In this document: one piece after another, positions 9,325 through 16,691 of the stretch
Layout: the number at the start of each line of letters is the position of its first letter
How positions within the stretch are numbered: position 1 is the stretch's first letter
Source of the DNA: Chloroflexota bacterium
GTDB lineage: Bacteria; Chloroflexota; Dehalococcoidia; SHYD01
Reading direction: 5' to 3'
DNA: 35,267 nucleotides
NCBI GenBank assembly: GCA_964200875.1
Contig: CAXNDA010000001.1
Location: 1-35,267, forward strand
Program-made: the position numbers and the translations under genes
Notes under the pieces: generated by a model
What the model saw: only the letters and a program-made list of their open reading frames with translations
The model's database searches: none
What the model was told of the DNA's origin: nothing

Positions 9325-10047
9325 CTAGAGCGGCCGCTTGGCCGGCATCCCGGGCCGCCGAGGGTAGCGCTCTGGTGTGGGCCCGGCCTTCTCTACCAGG
9401 ATCACGCTGCGATCATCGCCGAGAGCGTCGAGGGTCACCGGCTCTACCGATCGCAGCCAGCCGTCCAGCAGTGTAAGGGCGTGGGTTGCCGTCGCCACCT
9501 CCTGCGCCATGTCTCCCTTCTTCAGCGCAATAGCCAGGCCGCCAACTCGCAGGAAGGGAAGCTGATATTCCACCAGTACCGCCAACGCATCGACAGCGCG
9601 GGTGATCGTGACATCGAAGGCACCACGGAACTGCGGGAGGTGCCCCTCGGTCTCGGCCCGGCCGGTCACCACGCTGACATTCGGCAACCCAAGGTCCGTC
9701 ACCATGGCGGACAGAAACGCCGTCTTACGAGCGTGTGCCTCGAGGAGTGTGACCCTTAGTCCGGGTCTGGCGATGGCGAGCGGAAGGCCGGGAAAGCCGC
9801 CACCCGAGCCGATATCGAGCAAGGTCTTTGCCTGGTCGGGAATGTAAGGCAGCGCCGTGAGTGAATCGAGAAAATGCTTGACATAAATGTCAGAAGTATC
9901 GGTGATCGCCGTCAGGTTTACCCGCTGGTTCCACTCCTGGAGCAGTGCGCAGAAGCGTGCGAACTGCTCCAGGAGTGGAACCGTTAGGACAACGCCGAGT
10001 TCGGCGGCTCCGAGGGTCAGGGTGCTTTCGGGTGATGGTGGTGTCAT
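9325..10047 (-). CDS. rsmG: 16S rRNA (guanine527-N7)-methyltransferase RsmG (GidB)
   Basis: Motifs: QFARFCALLQEWNQRVNLTAITDTSDIYVKHFLDSL and LLDIGSGGGFPGLPLAIARP (SAM-binding). I prefer the ATG at 10047 (MTPPSPEST...). The track's 10146 start adds 33 aa that are partly encoded by a hairpin repeat. Confidence 0.85.
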   Translation of the reverse strand: MTPPSPESTLTLGAAELGVVLTVPLLEQFARFCALLQEWNQRVNLTAITDTSDIYVKHFLDSLTALPYIPDQAKTLLDIGSGGGFPGLPLAIARPGLRVTLLEAHARKTAFLSAMVTDLGLPNVSVVTGRAETEGHLPQFRGAFDVTITRAVDALAVLVEYQLPFLRVGGLAIALKKGDMAQEVATATHALTLLDGWLRSVEPVTLDALGDDRSVILVEKAGPTPERYPRRPGMPAKRPL

Positions 10048-10123
10048 GGTGGAGTCGGGGAGGGTGGCCGGCTGGCCTACGGGTAAGAACTCAGTGTTTC
10101 GGGTGCTGTGGGCATAAACCCGT

Positions 10124-10148
10124 GTCATGCCGACGCAAGGAGGCATCC
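10124..10148. repeat. Short hairpin repeat gtcATGCCgacgcaaggaGGCATcc
   Basis: 5-bp inverted arms ATGCC/GGCAT around a 10-nt loop. It belongs to the same family as 10187..10212, in the opposite orientation. Confidence 0.55.
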
Positions 10149-10186
10149 CTTCGTTCCCGGACAGTTACCACCACCCGGTACTAAAG

Positions 10187-10212
10187 GATTCCTCACTCCG
10201 TTCGGAATGACA
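10187..10212. repeat. Short hairpin repeat ggATTCCtcactccgttcGGAATgac (inverted copy of the 10124 element)
   Basis: Its reverse complement, gtcATTCCgaacggagtgaGGAATcc, aligns with 10124..10148. The G-to-T change in the 5' arm is matched by a C-to-A change in the 3' arm. Confidence 0.55.
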
Positions 10213-10307
10213 TGGCCCCCTCAACTGTGAGCTCGTACGCCTACGGGTCGGGCGGCGGTTTCGAGACGTGGTTATGGTACACTACCGATGCGGTTGAACC
10301 GCCTGTT

Positions 10308-10811
10308 ATGCACACGCTAAACACCCCACGCACCCTGGCGCGTTGCCTCTCGCCCCTCCTGTGCCTGCTCTCCACCATCGCCTGCGATCGTGTAGCAGGT
10401 ACGTCGGCCACGCCCGCGCTGCTGGCTACGCCCACGAGCGTGCGTCCGGCCAACTCACCGGCGCCGCTGGTGACTCCGTCGGCCGCCGGCACACCCGTCG
10501 GGAACGACAACCTGAAGGTGGCGCGCCCCACCGTAAGGCAAGAGGTTAAGAGTCCGATCAGCGTGCAGGGGCAGGCTAGGGTCTTCGAGGCTAACGTGCA
10601 GATTGCTTTGAAGGACAAGGGCGGGCAGACGCTCGCGAGCAGCTTCACCACCGCTTCGAAAGGCGCGCCCGATTGGGGCGATTACAAGGCTGACCTTCCC
10701 TTTCGGGTGACCGTCCAACAGGAGGCTACTCTGGAGGTGTTCGCGCTGAACGCGCGGGACGGTTCACCGCAGTTTGTGGTGGCAGTGCCGGTCACGCTGC
10801 TGCCGAACTGA
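10308..10811 (+). CDS. Secreted or lipoprotein with a Gmad2-type immunoglobulin-like domain
   Basis: I prefer the ATG at 10308: MHTLNTPRTLARCLSPLLCLLSTIAC is a signal peptide with a Cys at a lipobox-like position. An A/P/T/S linker follows, then VKSPISVQGQARVFEANVQIALKDKGGQTL...GAPDWGDYKADLPF...LEVFALNARDGSP, as I remember for Gmad2 domains. Confidence 0.55.
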   Translation: MHTLNTPRTLARCLSPLLCLLSTIACDRVAGTSATPALLATPTSVRPANSPAPLVTPSAAGTPVGNDNLKVARPTVRQEVKSPISVQGQARVFEANVQIALKDKGGQTLASSFTTASKGAPDWGDYKADLPFRVTVQQEATLEVFALNARDGSPQFVVAVPVTLLPN

Positions 10812-10839
10812 GCGTGGCCGCTTCGGGTGACGTGATCCG

Positions 10840-11952
10840 GTGCGCGTAGGCATCGACGCTCGGTTGCTGGCCTACCGTCAGGGCGGGACGAGCGTGTACA
10901 CGCGGCAACTGCTGCACCATCTCCCCCTGGCTGCGCCCAAGGATGACTTCGTGGCGCTGACCAGCCGGAAGCAGCCCCGCTATGCCGGACAGCCCGCCGC
11001 AGTCGACAGCCATCCGTTGTGGACGCCGCCGCACCATCACTTGGAGCAGTGGAGCCTCCCCGTGGAGCTGGTGCCGGCGAGGTTGGACCTGCTGCACAGT
11101 GTTGATTTTATTGCGCCCACCCACCGGCCCTGCCCGGCGGTCATCACGGTGCACGACCTCGCCTTTCTGGTGTATCCCGACACTATGACGACTGAGAGCC
11201 ACCGCTACTATGGGCAGATTGGCAAAGCGGTTGCCGCTGCCGACGCTATCATCGCGGTGAGCGAGGCCACCCGGCGTGATCTGGAACGGCTGTTGCATGT
11301 GCCGCCCGAGCGGGTTCAGGTAGTGCACCATGGCGTGGCTGATGTCTACGGGCCCCGGCCGGCCGAGGAGGTCGAAGCATTCTGCAAAGCTCACGAGTTG
11401 CCTTCGACCTTCATGCTCTGGGTGGGGGCACTGGAGCCCCGCAAGAATCTGCCCTGCCTGTTCCGCGCCGTCGCCTCCGCCACGCCATCGCTGCCCGATG
11501 CTCTGCGGACTCTCGTCATCGTGGGCGTCAAAGGGTGGACCTTTGAGCAAGCGCAGCAGGAGTTCGAACGCCTGGGTCTGGCGGCGCAGACGATCCTGTT
11601 CGGCGATGCGACCGAGGATGACTTAGCGATGCTTTACAACGCTGCCTGGGTGTTCGCCTACCCGTCGCTGTACGAGGGCTTCGGCCTGCCGCCGCTCGAG
11701 GCGATGGCATGCGGCACACCGGTGCTGAGCGCCAACGTATCGGCCATGCCCGAGGTGCTGGGAGATGCGGCGCGCTTCTTTGACCCGCAAGACGACCAAG
11801 CCTTGGCTGGCCTTTTACGAGAACTGGCTCTCGATGAGCCGCAGCAGCAGCGTCTGGCAGCCGCAGGCAGGGCGCGGGCTGCGGGCTTCACCTGGGAGGC
11901 GACCGCCCGTGCCACGCTCGACGTCTATCGCGGTGTGGTGCAGCGCTCATGA
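10840..11952 (+). CDS. Glycosyltransferase family 4 (paralog of the gene at 1..1116)
   Basis: GTG start. Blocks: MRVGIDARLLAYRQGGTSVYTRQLL, TVHDLAFLVYPD, LEPRKNLPCLFRAV, FAYPSLYEGFGLPPLEAMACGTPVLSAN. They are collinear with the same blocks in the left-edge GT4. Confidence 0.85.
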   Translation: MRVGIDARLLAYRQGGTSVYTRQLLHHLPLAAPKDDFVALTSRKQPRYAGQPAAVDSHPLWTPPHHHLEQWSLPVELVPARLDLLHSVDFIAPTHRPCPAVITVHDLAFLVYPDTMTTESHRYYGQIGKAVAAADAIIAVSEATRRDLERLLHVPPERVQVVHHGVADVYGPRPAEEVEAFCKAHELPSTFMLWVGALEPRKNLPCLFRAVASATPSLPDALRTLVIVGVKGWTFEQAQQEFERLGLAAQTILFGDATEDDLAMLYNAAWVFAYPSLYEGFGLPPLEAMACGTPVLSANVSAMPEVLGDAARFFDPQDDQALAGLLRELALDEPQQQRLAAAGRARAAGFTWEATARATLDVYRGVVQRS

Positions 11953-13196
11953 AGGTGCTCTTCGTCACCATCGAGCCACCCTGGCCGATCATCGGCGGCA
12001 CTCCCATGCGCTCGTACAACCTCATCATGCGGATCGCGCAGAACCACGAGGTCTATGTGGCGTGCCCAGCCACCGTGAGCCAGGTGGCGGTGATGCAAGA
12101 ACTCTTCGGCGCCTCAGTGAAGCGCATCGTCTCGGTGCCACTGCCGCCGCACCGTTCGCTGTGGCGGAGAGCAGTCGGGACGCTCATTGACCCAGCGCCG
12201 GACCTGGCCTACCGCAACTTTCAGCCTCAGCTTGCGCACGCCATCCGGGAGCAGCTCCGCGACGTTGCCATCGACGTCGTGCACCTCGTGGGGCTCGAGT
12301 CGGTGGGTGCGCTCATGGGGCCCGACTGGGCGCCGCCCCAGGCGAAGGCGGTGCTGGTGGATGAAGTGAATGCCGAGCACGTATTGCAGCAACGGGCCCA
12401 GCGGGTGGAGCTGCGGCAGCCGCGGCGCTGGCCCGGCGCTCTGTACAGTTGGATACAGGCCCGCAAGCTCAAGAACTACGAGCGACGGGCATTGGTTTCG
12501 GCGGGTGCGGTCACCTCGGTGTCACCCGGCGATGCGGCGATTCTACGCCGGCTCGCGCCGGGTGTGGCCATCCACGTGGTGCCAAATGGCGTGGACACCA
12601 AGCTGTACGCGCCGGCGTCCTCCGCTCCGGAGGGCAGCGACATCGTGTTCTCAGGGACCATGGACTTCCGCCCGAATGTCGACGCGGTCCGCTGGTTTGT
12701 GGCCGAAATCTGGCCGGCGGTGCGTGCCGCGGCACCGGAAGCCCGCCTGATCATTGTCGGCCGCAATCCCGCGCCCCCCGTCCGCCGGCTCGCTGCGGCT
12801 GACGTCATCATCACCGGTCAGGTGCCCGATGACCTGCCGTACCTGCAGCAGGCGGCGGTCTACGTGGTGCCCATGCGTTTCGGCGGCGGTAGCCGGCTGA
12901 AGCTGCTGCAGGCCATGTCGTGCGCGCTCCCCATGGTCTCCACCACGCTGGGCGCCGATGGCGTGGCCGTCACGCCGGGCGAGCAATTGCTAATAGCAGA
13001 CGATCCTGACGACTTCGCCCGAGCTGTGCTGCGCCTGCTGGCCCACCCCGAGGAGGGCGCTCGCCTGGGGGTAGCTGGGCGGAAGCTCGCAGCGGCCTAT
13101 GACTGGGACGTGGTGGCCGAACAGCTTGAGGCCGCGTACGCAGCGGCAGTCGCCCGGGCTGATACCGGCTCAGCCGAACGAACCCCGCGCGGATGA
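11949..13196 (+). CDS. Glycosyltransferase family 4 (second type)
   Basis: 415 aa. Blocks: MKVLFVTIEPPWPIIGGTPMRSYNLI, FSGTMDFRPNVDAVRWFVAEIWPAV, VPMRFGGGSRLKLLQAMSCALPMVST. ATGA overlap with the upstream GT4. Confidence 0.8.
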   Translation: MKVLFVTIEPPWPIIGGTPMRSYNLIMRIAQNHEVYVACPATVSQVAVMQELFGASVKRIVSVPLPPHRSLWRRAVGTLIDPAPDLAYRNFQPQLAHAIREQLRDVAIDVVHLVGLESVGALMGPDWAPPQAKAVLVDEVNAEHVLQQRAQRVELRQPRRWPGALYSWIQARKLKNYERRALVSAGAVTSVSPGDAAILRRLAPGVAIHVVPNGVDTKLYAPASSAPEGSDIVFSGTMDFRPNVDAVRWFVAEIWPAVRAAAPEARLIIVGRNPAPPVRRLAAADVIITGQVPDDLPYLQQAAVYVVPMRFGGGSRLKLLQAMSCALPMVSTTLGADGVAVTPGEQLLIADDPDDFARAVLRLLAHPEEGARLGVAGRKLAAAYDWDVVAEQLEAAYAAAVARADTGSAERTPRG

Positions 13197-14899
13197 CACG
13201 GCGGCTGAGTGGGCTTGGGTTCGCAGCGGCCGTTCTGCTCGGCGGAACGGTCTTGCTGCTGACGGCTTCGGGCACGGCCTCCCGCGAGCATTGGGCGGAA
13301 GACCTTACCGGTGAGGCCAGCCCAGTCCAGCAGGCGAAGGCGCTGGTTGGTCTGGTGCGCCAGCGCCCAATTCCCACCGCCGATTTCGCCCCAACCACGC
13401 ACGCTGGCCTCCCCCCCCTGGGAGCGAACACCTTCTTTGAGCAGGAGGTCGAAGAGTGGAAGGTGCGCCGCAGTATGGAGATGCTGCGCGATGCTGGGGT
13501 GAAGTGGATCCGGCAAGAGTTCCCTTGGGATCGCATTGAACCCTCGGTGAAAGGACGCTACGAGGACGCCTTCGGCTCCACGTGGACCAACTACGACCGG
13601 ACGGTGCGGTTGGCGCAGGAATACGGCCTGCAAGTCATGCCTCGTCTTACCCTGCCGCCGAACTGGACACGTGCCGACAACTCGGTGCCCAGAGCGCCGC
13701 CCGATAACTACAACGACTACGGGGATTTCGTGGCGGCGGTGGTCGAGCGCTATCGGGGCAGGGTGCACTACTACCAGCTCTGGAACGAACCGAACACCGT
13801 ACTGGAGTGGGGGAAGCCACCGAACGCCGCTGACTTCGTACGCCTGCTGCGCGTCGGTTACGAACGGGCGAAACGGGCCGATCCGGCGGTCGTAATCATC
13901 GCCCCGGCCCTTTCGCCGACCATCGGCACGCCCGACGGCGCCAACGTGAGCGACCTGACGTTTCTCCAGGAGATGTACGATCAGGGCGCATCCGCAGCCT
14001 TCGACATCATGAGCGCGCAGGGGTACGGCCTGTGGACCGGGCCCGGCGATCGGCGGGCTGATGCCTACCGGACCAACTTGGCGCGCGTGCAATTGGTGCG
14101 CGAGCTGATGGTAAAGAACGGCGATGGCCGCAAGCCGATATGGCTGGCCGAGATGGGCTGGTCGGCGCTGCCGCCCGATTTTCCGGGCGATGCGATCCAT
14201 GGGCGGGTGACCGAGGAGCAGCAGGCGCGGTATACCGCGCAGGCCCTGCAGCGCATTCAGGCGGAATGGCCGTGGGTTGGCGTTACCTTCCTGTGGCACT
14301 TCCGCCGCGTGTCTGATGAGCAGCGCTCGCAGGCCGATTTCTATTTCCGCATGGTCGATCCCGACTTCACCGCACGCCCGGTCTATGGCGCCGTGCAGGC
14401 CGTGGGCGCCCAACCGCCGGTGTTGAACTATGGTTGGCGGCCCATCACCCATGTCGCCATCACGCGGTCGTCCGGTTGGGAATCGGCCGTGCGGACGGTC
14501 GACGGCATCGGGGTGCCGGCACTCGCCGCCCGGGACCCTGGCGAATCCTTGTCGTTTCGGGTGCGGGGCCGCCAGGTGCTGCTGCACCTACCGCCGGTGC
14601 CGGGCGGTGGCTCGTTGGCAGTGACGGTCAACCAGCGGCCGAGCGGGGTGATCCGGCCACGGGCCGTTGGGGCCGGGCGGGCCGCTGCCACGCTTCTGCC
14701 CGGCACCAACGCCTTACCCGACGGCGTGAACACCATCGAACTGAGGCCGGTGGGCGACGGTTTGGTCGTGCTCGCCGGCATCCAAGTACTGACTGCTGAC
14801 CGAGAGCCTGCTCCGATGGCGGCGGGCGTCATGGTGCTGCTGGCGGCATTGCTGGCACTGCGGCTCACGTTCGGGGCGGGTGCGGGGAGGGGCCGGTGA
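13193..14899 (+). CDS. Membrane-anchored clan GH-A (GH5/GH39-like) glycoside hydrolase, paralog B
   Basis: 568 aa. N-terminal anchor GLGFAAAVLLGGTVLLL. Candidate catalytic blocks YYQLWNEPN and IWLAEMGWS, plus DFYFRMVDPDFTARPVYGAVQA. C-terminal TM MAAGVMVLLAALLALRL. Collinear with 7606..9219. Confidence 0.65.
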   Translation: MTRRLSGLGFAAAVLLGGTVLLLTASGTASREHWAEDLTGEASPVQQAKALVGLVRQRPIPTADFAPTTHAGLPPLGANTFFEQEVEEWKVRRSMEMLRDAGVKWIRQEFPWDRIEPSVKGRYEDAFGSTWTNYDRTVRLAQEYGLQVMPRLTLPPNWTRADNSVPRAPPDNYNDYGDFVAAVVERYRGRVHYYQLWNEPNTVLEWGKPPNAADFVRLLRVGYERAKRADPAVVIIAPALSPTIGTPDGANVSDLTFLQEMYDQGASAAFDIMSAQGYGLWTGPGDRRADAYRTNLARVQLVRELMVKNGDGRKPIWLAEMGWSALPPDFPGDAIHGRVTEEQQARYTAQALQRIQAEWPWVGVTFLWHFRRVSDEQRSQADFYFRMVDPDFTARPVYGAVQAVGAQPPVLNYGWRPITHVAITRSSGWESAVRTVDGIGVPALAARDPGESLSFRVRGRQVLLHLPPVPGGGSLAVTVNQRPSGVIRPRAVGAGRAAATLLPGTNALPDGVNTIELRPVGDGLVVLAGIQVLTADREPAPMAAGVMVLLAALLALRLTFGAGAGRGR

Positions 14900-15864
14900 G
14901 GGCCGGCGTCTCGGTCATCATGACGGTGCTGAATGAGGCGGCCTCGCTGCCCGCGGTCCTGCAAGGGCTCGAACAGCAGACCCGACGGCCCGACGAGGTG
15001 GTGGTCGTCGACGGCGGCAGCACCGATGGCACGTTGGCGCTGCTGCACGGGTACGCAGGCCCGCTGACGCTCCGTGTGCTGGAACTTCCAGGGGCGAACA
15101 TCTCCCAAGGCCGCAACGCTGCAATCGAGGCCGCTACAGGCCCGGTGATAGCCATCACTGATGCTGGGGTTCGCCTGGAGCCTGCGTGGCTGGCGGCGCT
15201 GGTGCAACCTATGGAGGATGACGGCGCCGTAGCGGTGGCGGGCTTCTTCCATTCGGACCCTGCCGGCCTGTTTGAAGCTGTCCTGGGCGCGACCACACTG
15301 CCGGCAGCGTCGGACGTGAACCCGGCGACGTTCCTGCCCTCCAGCCGGTCAGTGGCGGTCACCAAAGAGGTGTGGCGGCGAGCTGGGGGGTACCCCGAGT
15401 GGCTGGACTACTGTGAGGATCTGCTTTTTGACTTCGCGGTGCTGAACCTGGGTGTACGCTTTGCTTGGGCCCCGGCCGCGCTGGCGCACTTTCGCCCCCG
15501 CCCCACCCTGGCGGCGTTCTTCAAACAGTACTACCGCTACGCCAGAGGCGATGGTAAGGCCGGCCTTTGGCGGCGGCGGCACGCTATCCGTTACGCCACC
15601 TATGCGGCTGGGGCTCTTGCCACGCTCGCCGTGCCGCGATTCCCCTGGCTGCTCCCCGCGATGCTGGCGGCTGGCATCGGCTACTGCGCCACACCGATCC
15701 GCCGGTTGCGCCCGTGGCTGCAGGGGCGTCCCGCAAGCGTGTGGTGCAGGGCCCTTCCGCTGGTGCCGTTGATACGGCTGACGGGGGATGTGGCGAAGTT
15801 GCTGGGCTATCCCGCCGGGTTATGGTGGCGCTTGCGGAACCCCGCTAGCCGGGGACAACGGTGA
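14896..15864 (+). CDS. Glycosyltransferase family 2 with a hydrophobic C-terminal region
   Basis: GTG start in a GTGA overlap. Motifs: VSVIMTVLNEAASLPAVLQGLEQQTRRPDEVVVVDGGSTDGT, ITDAG (DxD-like), GGYPEWLDYCEDLLFD. C-terminal hydrophobic stretches: YATYAAGALATLAVPRFPWLLPAMLAAGIGY and ALPLVPLI. Confidence 0.8.
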   Translation: MRAGVSVIMTVLNEAASLPAVLQGLEQQTRRPDEVVVVDGGSTDGTLALLHGYAGPLTLRVLELPGANISQGRNAAIEAATGPVIAITDAGVRLEPAWLAALVQPMEDDGAVAVAGFFHSDPAGLFEAVLGATTLPAASDVNPATFLPSSRSVAVTKEVWRRAGGYPEWLDYCEDLLFDFAVLNLGVRFAWAPAALAHFRPRPTLAAFFKQYYRYARGDGKAGLWRRRHAIRYATYAAGALATLAVPRFPWLLPAMLAAGIGYCATPIRRLRPWLQGRPASVWCRALPLVPLIRLTGDVAKLLGYPAGLWWRLRNPASRGQR

Positions 15865-16681
15865 CCGTCGCCCAGCGCGTTGTGCCGAGGGCGAGCGACG
15901 CGTTGCCGTTTCGCAAAGCGACTTCAACGTAGCCGCTGCTGCCAACCAGGGCTACCAGAGGCCCGCCATCCTGGTAGGAGCTGCTGAGGCCGCGGATGGT
16001 CGCCCCACCGATATGGAACACCGGCCGGGTGGGGAGCCCTTCAGGCACAAGGTTGGTTATGAGATCGCCGTACCCGTCCACGTGGATGACGCTTCCGGCG
16101 ACGGCGCCCCCGGGTTCGCGGGCCGGCCTGGGCGGTGCAAAGGCCTGCACCTCAACGGTCGGTTTCCCCACGTGATCCACCGACAAGCCGTTGGCAAGGT
16201 GCGCGGCAACGGGGGCGAAGACGTCTCGACCGTGGAAGGTGTTGCTCACGGTTGCTCGCATAAGCGCTCGGTCGGTGATCACGTGCGCGGTAACCAGCGA
16301 AGGCAGGGGTGTTGCGCACACCTGAGGTGGCGCCGGCTCCGCGACCGCCGTGCCTTCGCGATGGCGGGCAACAACGTACGAGAAAACTCCGTTGTCGGGC
16401 CCCACGAACGTTCCATGGGGCGACTTCAGCACGATGGGGTGTCGCTGGGTGCCGACACCCGGGTCTACCACGCAAACGTAGATGGTACCGGGCGGAAACG
16501 CGTCGATGCAGGTTTCCAGCAGGAAGGCGCCAGCGTAGATGTCTTGGGGCGGGACGGCATGGGTGATGTCCACAATGGTGGCATCCGGTGCTATCCCCAG
16601 GACCACGCCCTTCATCGACGCTACGTAAGCGTCCTGGGCGCCGAAATCGGTGAGCAGCGCGATGACTGGTCGCCGCGCCAT
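15845..16681 (-). CDS. SAM hydrolase / SAM hydroxide adenosyltransferase family protein (DUF62, fluorinase/chlorinase-like fold)
   Basis: 278 aa. Motifs: VIALLTDFGAQDAYVASMKGVVLGIAPDATIVDITHAVPPQDI, VCVVDPGVGT, TFHGRDVFAPVAAHLA. Its 3' end overlaps the convergent GT2 by 20 nt. Confidence 0.8.
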   Translation of the reverse strand: MARRPVIALLTDFGAQDAYVASMKGVVLGIAPDATIVDITHAVPPQDIYAGAFLLETCIDAFPPGTIYVCVVDPGVGTQRHPIVLKSPHGTFVGPDNGVFSYVVARHREGTAVAEPAPPQVCATPLPSLVTAHVITDRALMRATVSNTFHGRDVFAPVAAHLANGLSVDHVGKPTVEVQAFAPPRPAREPGGAVAGSVIHVDGYGDLITNLVPEGLPTRPVFHIGGATIRGLSSSYQDGGPLVALVGSSGYVEVALRNGNASLALGTTRWATVTVVPG

Positions 16682-16691
16682 GGCCCGGGTG

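Noticed and set aside
10048-10146. The N-terminal extension of rsmG in the ORF track (MPPCVGMTRVYAHS...). The Gmad2 ORF has an analogous extension at 10212..10307.
   Set aside because: The extra residues are encoded by the hairpin repeat at 10124-10148 and by spacer sequence. Internal ATGs at 10047 and 10308 give N-termini that fit the families (the RsmG core; a signal peptide).
13097-14587. A 496-aa ORF antisense to the GH-like paralog B. Similar long antisense or off-frame ORFs occur at 22061..23359, 16821..17975, 6254..7366, 15788..16804, 18587..19567, 20589..21491, 23958..24872 and 8854..9759.
   Set aside because: Each overlaps a gene with clear family motifs on the other strand or in another frame. 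All have Arg/Gly/Ala/Pro-rich, motif-free translations typical of GC-rich shadow ORFs.
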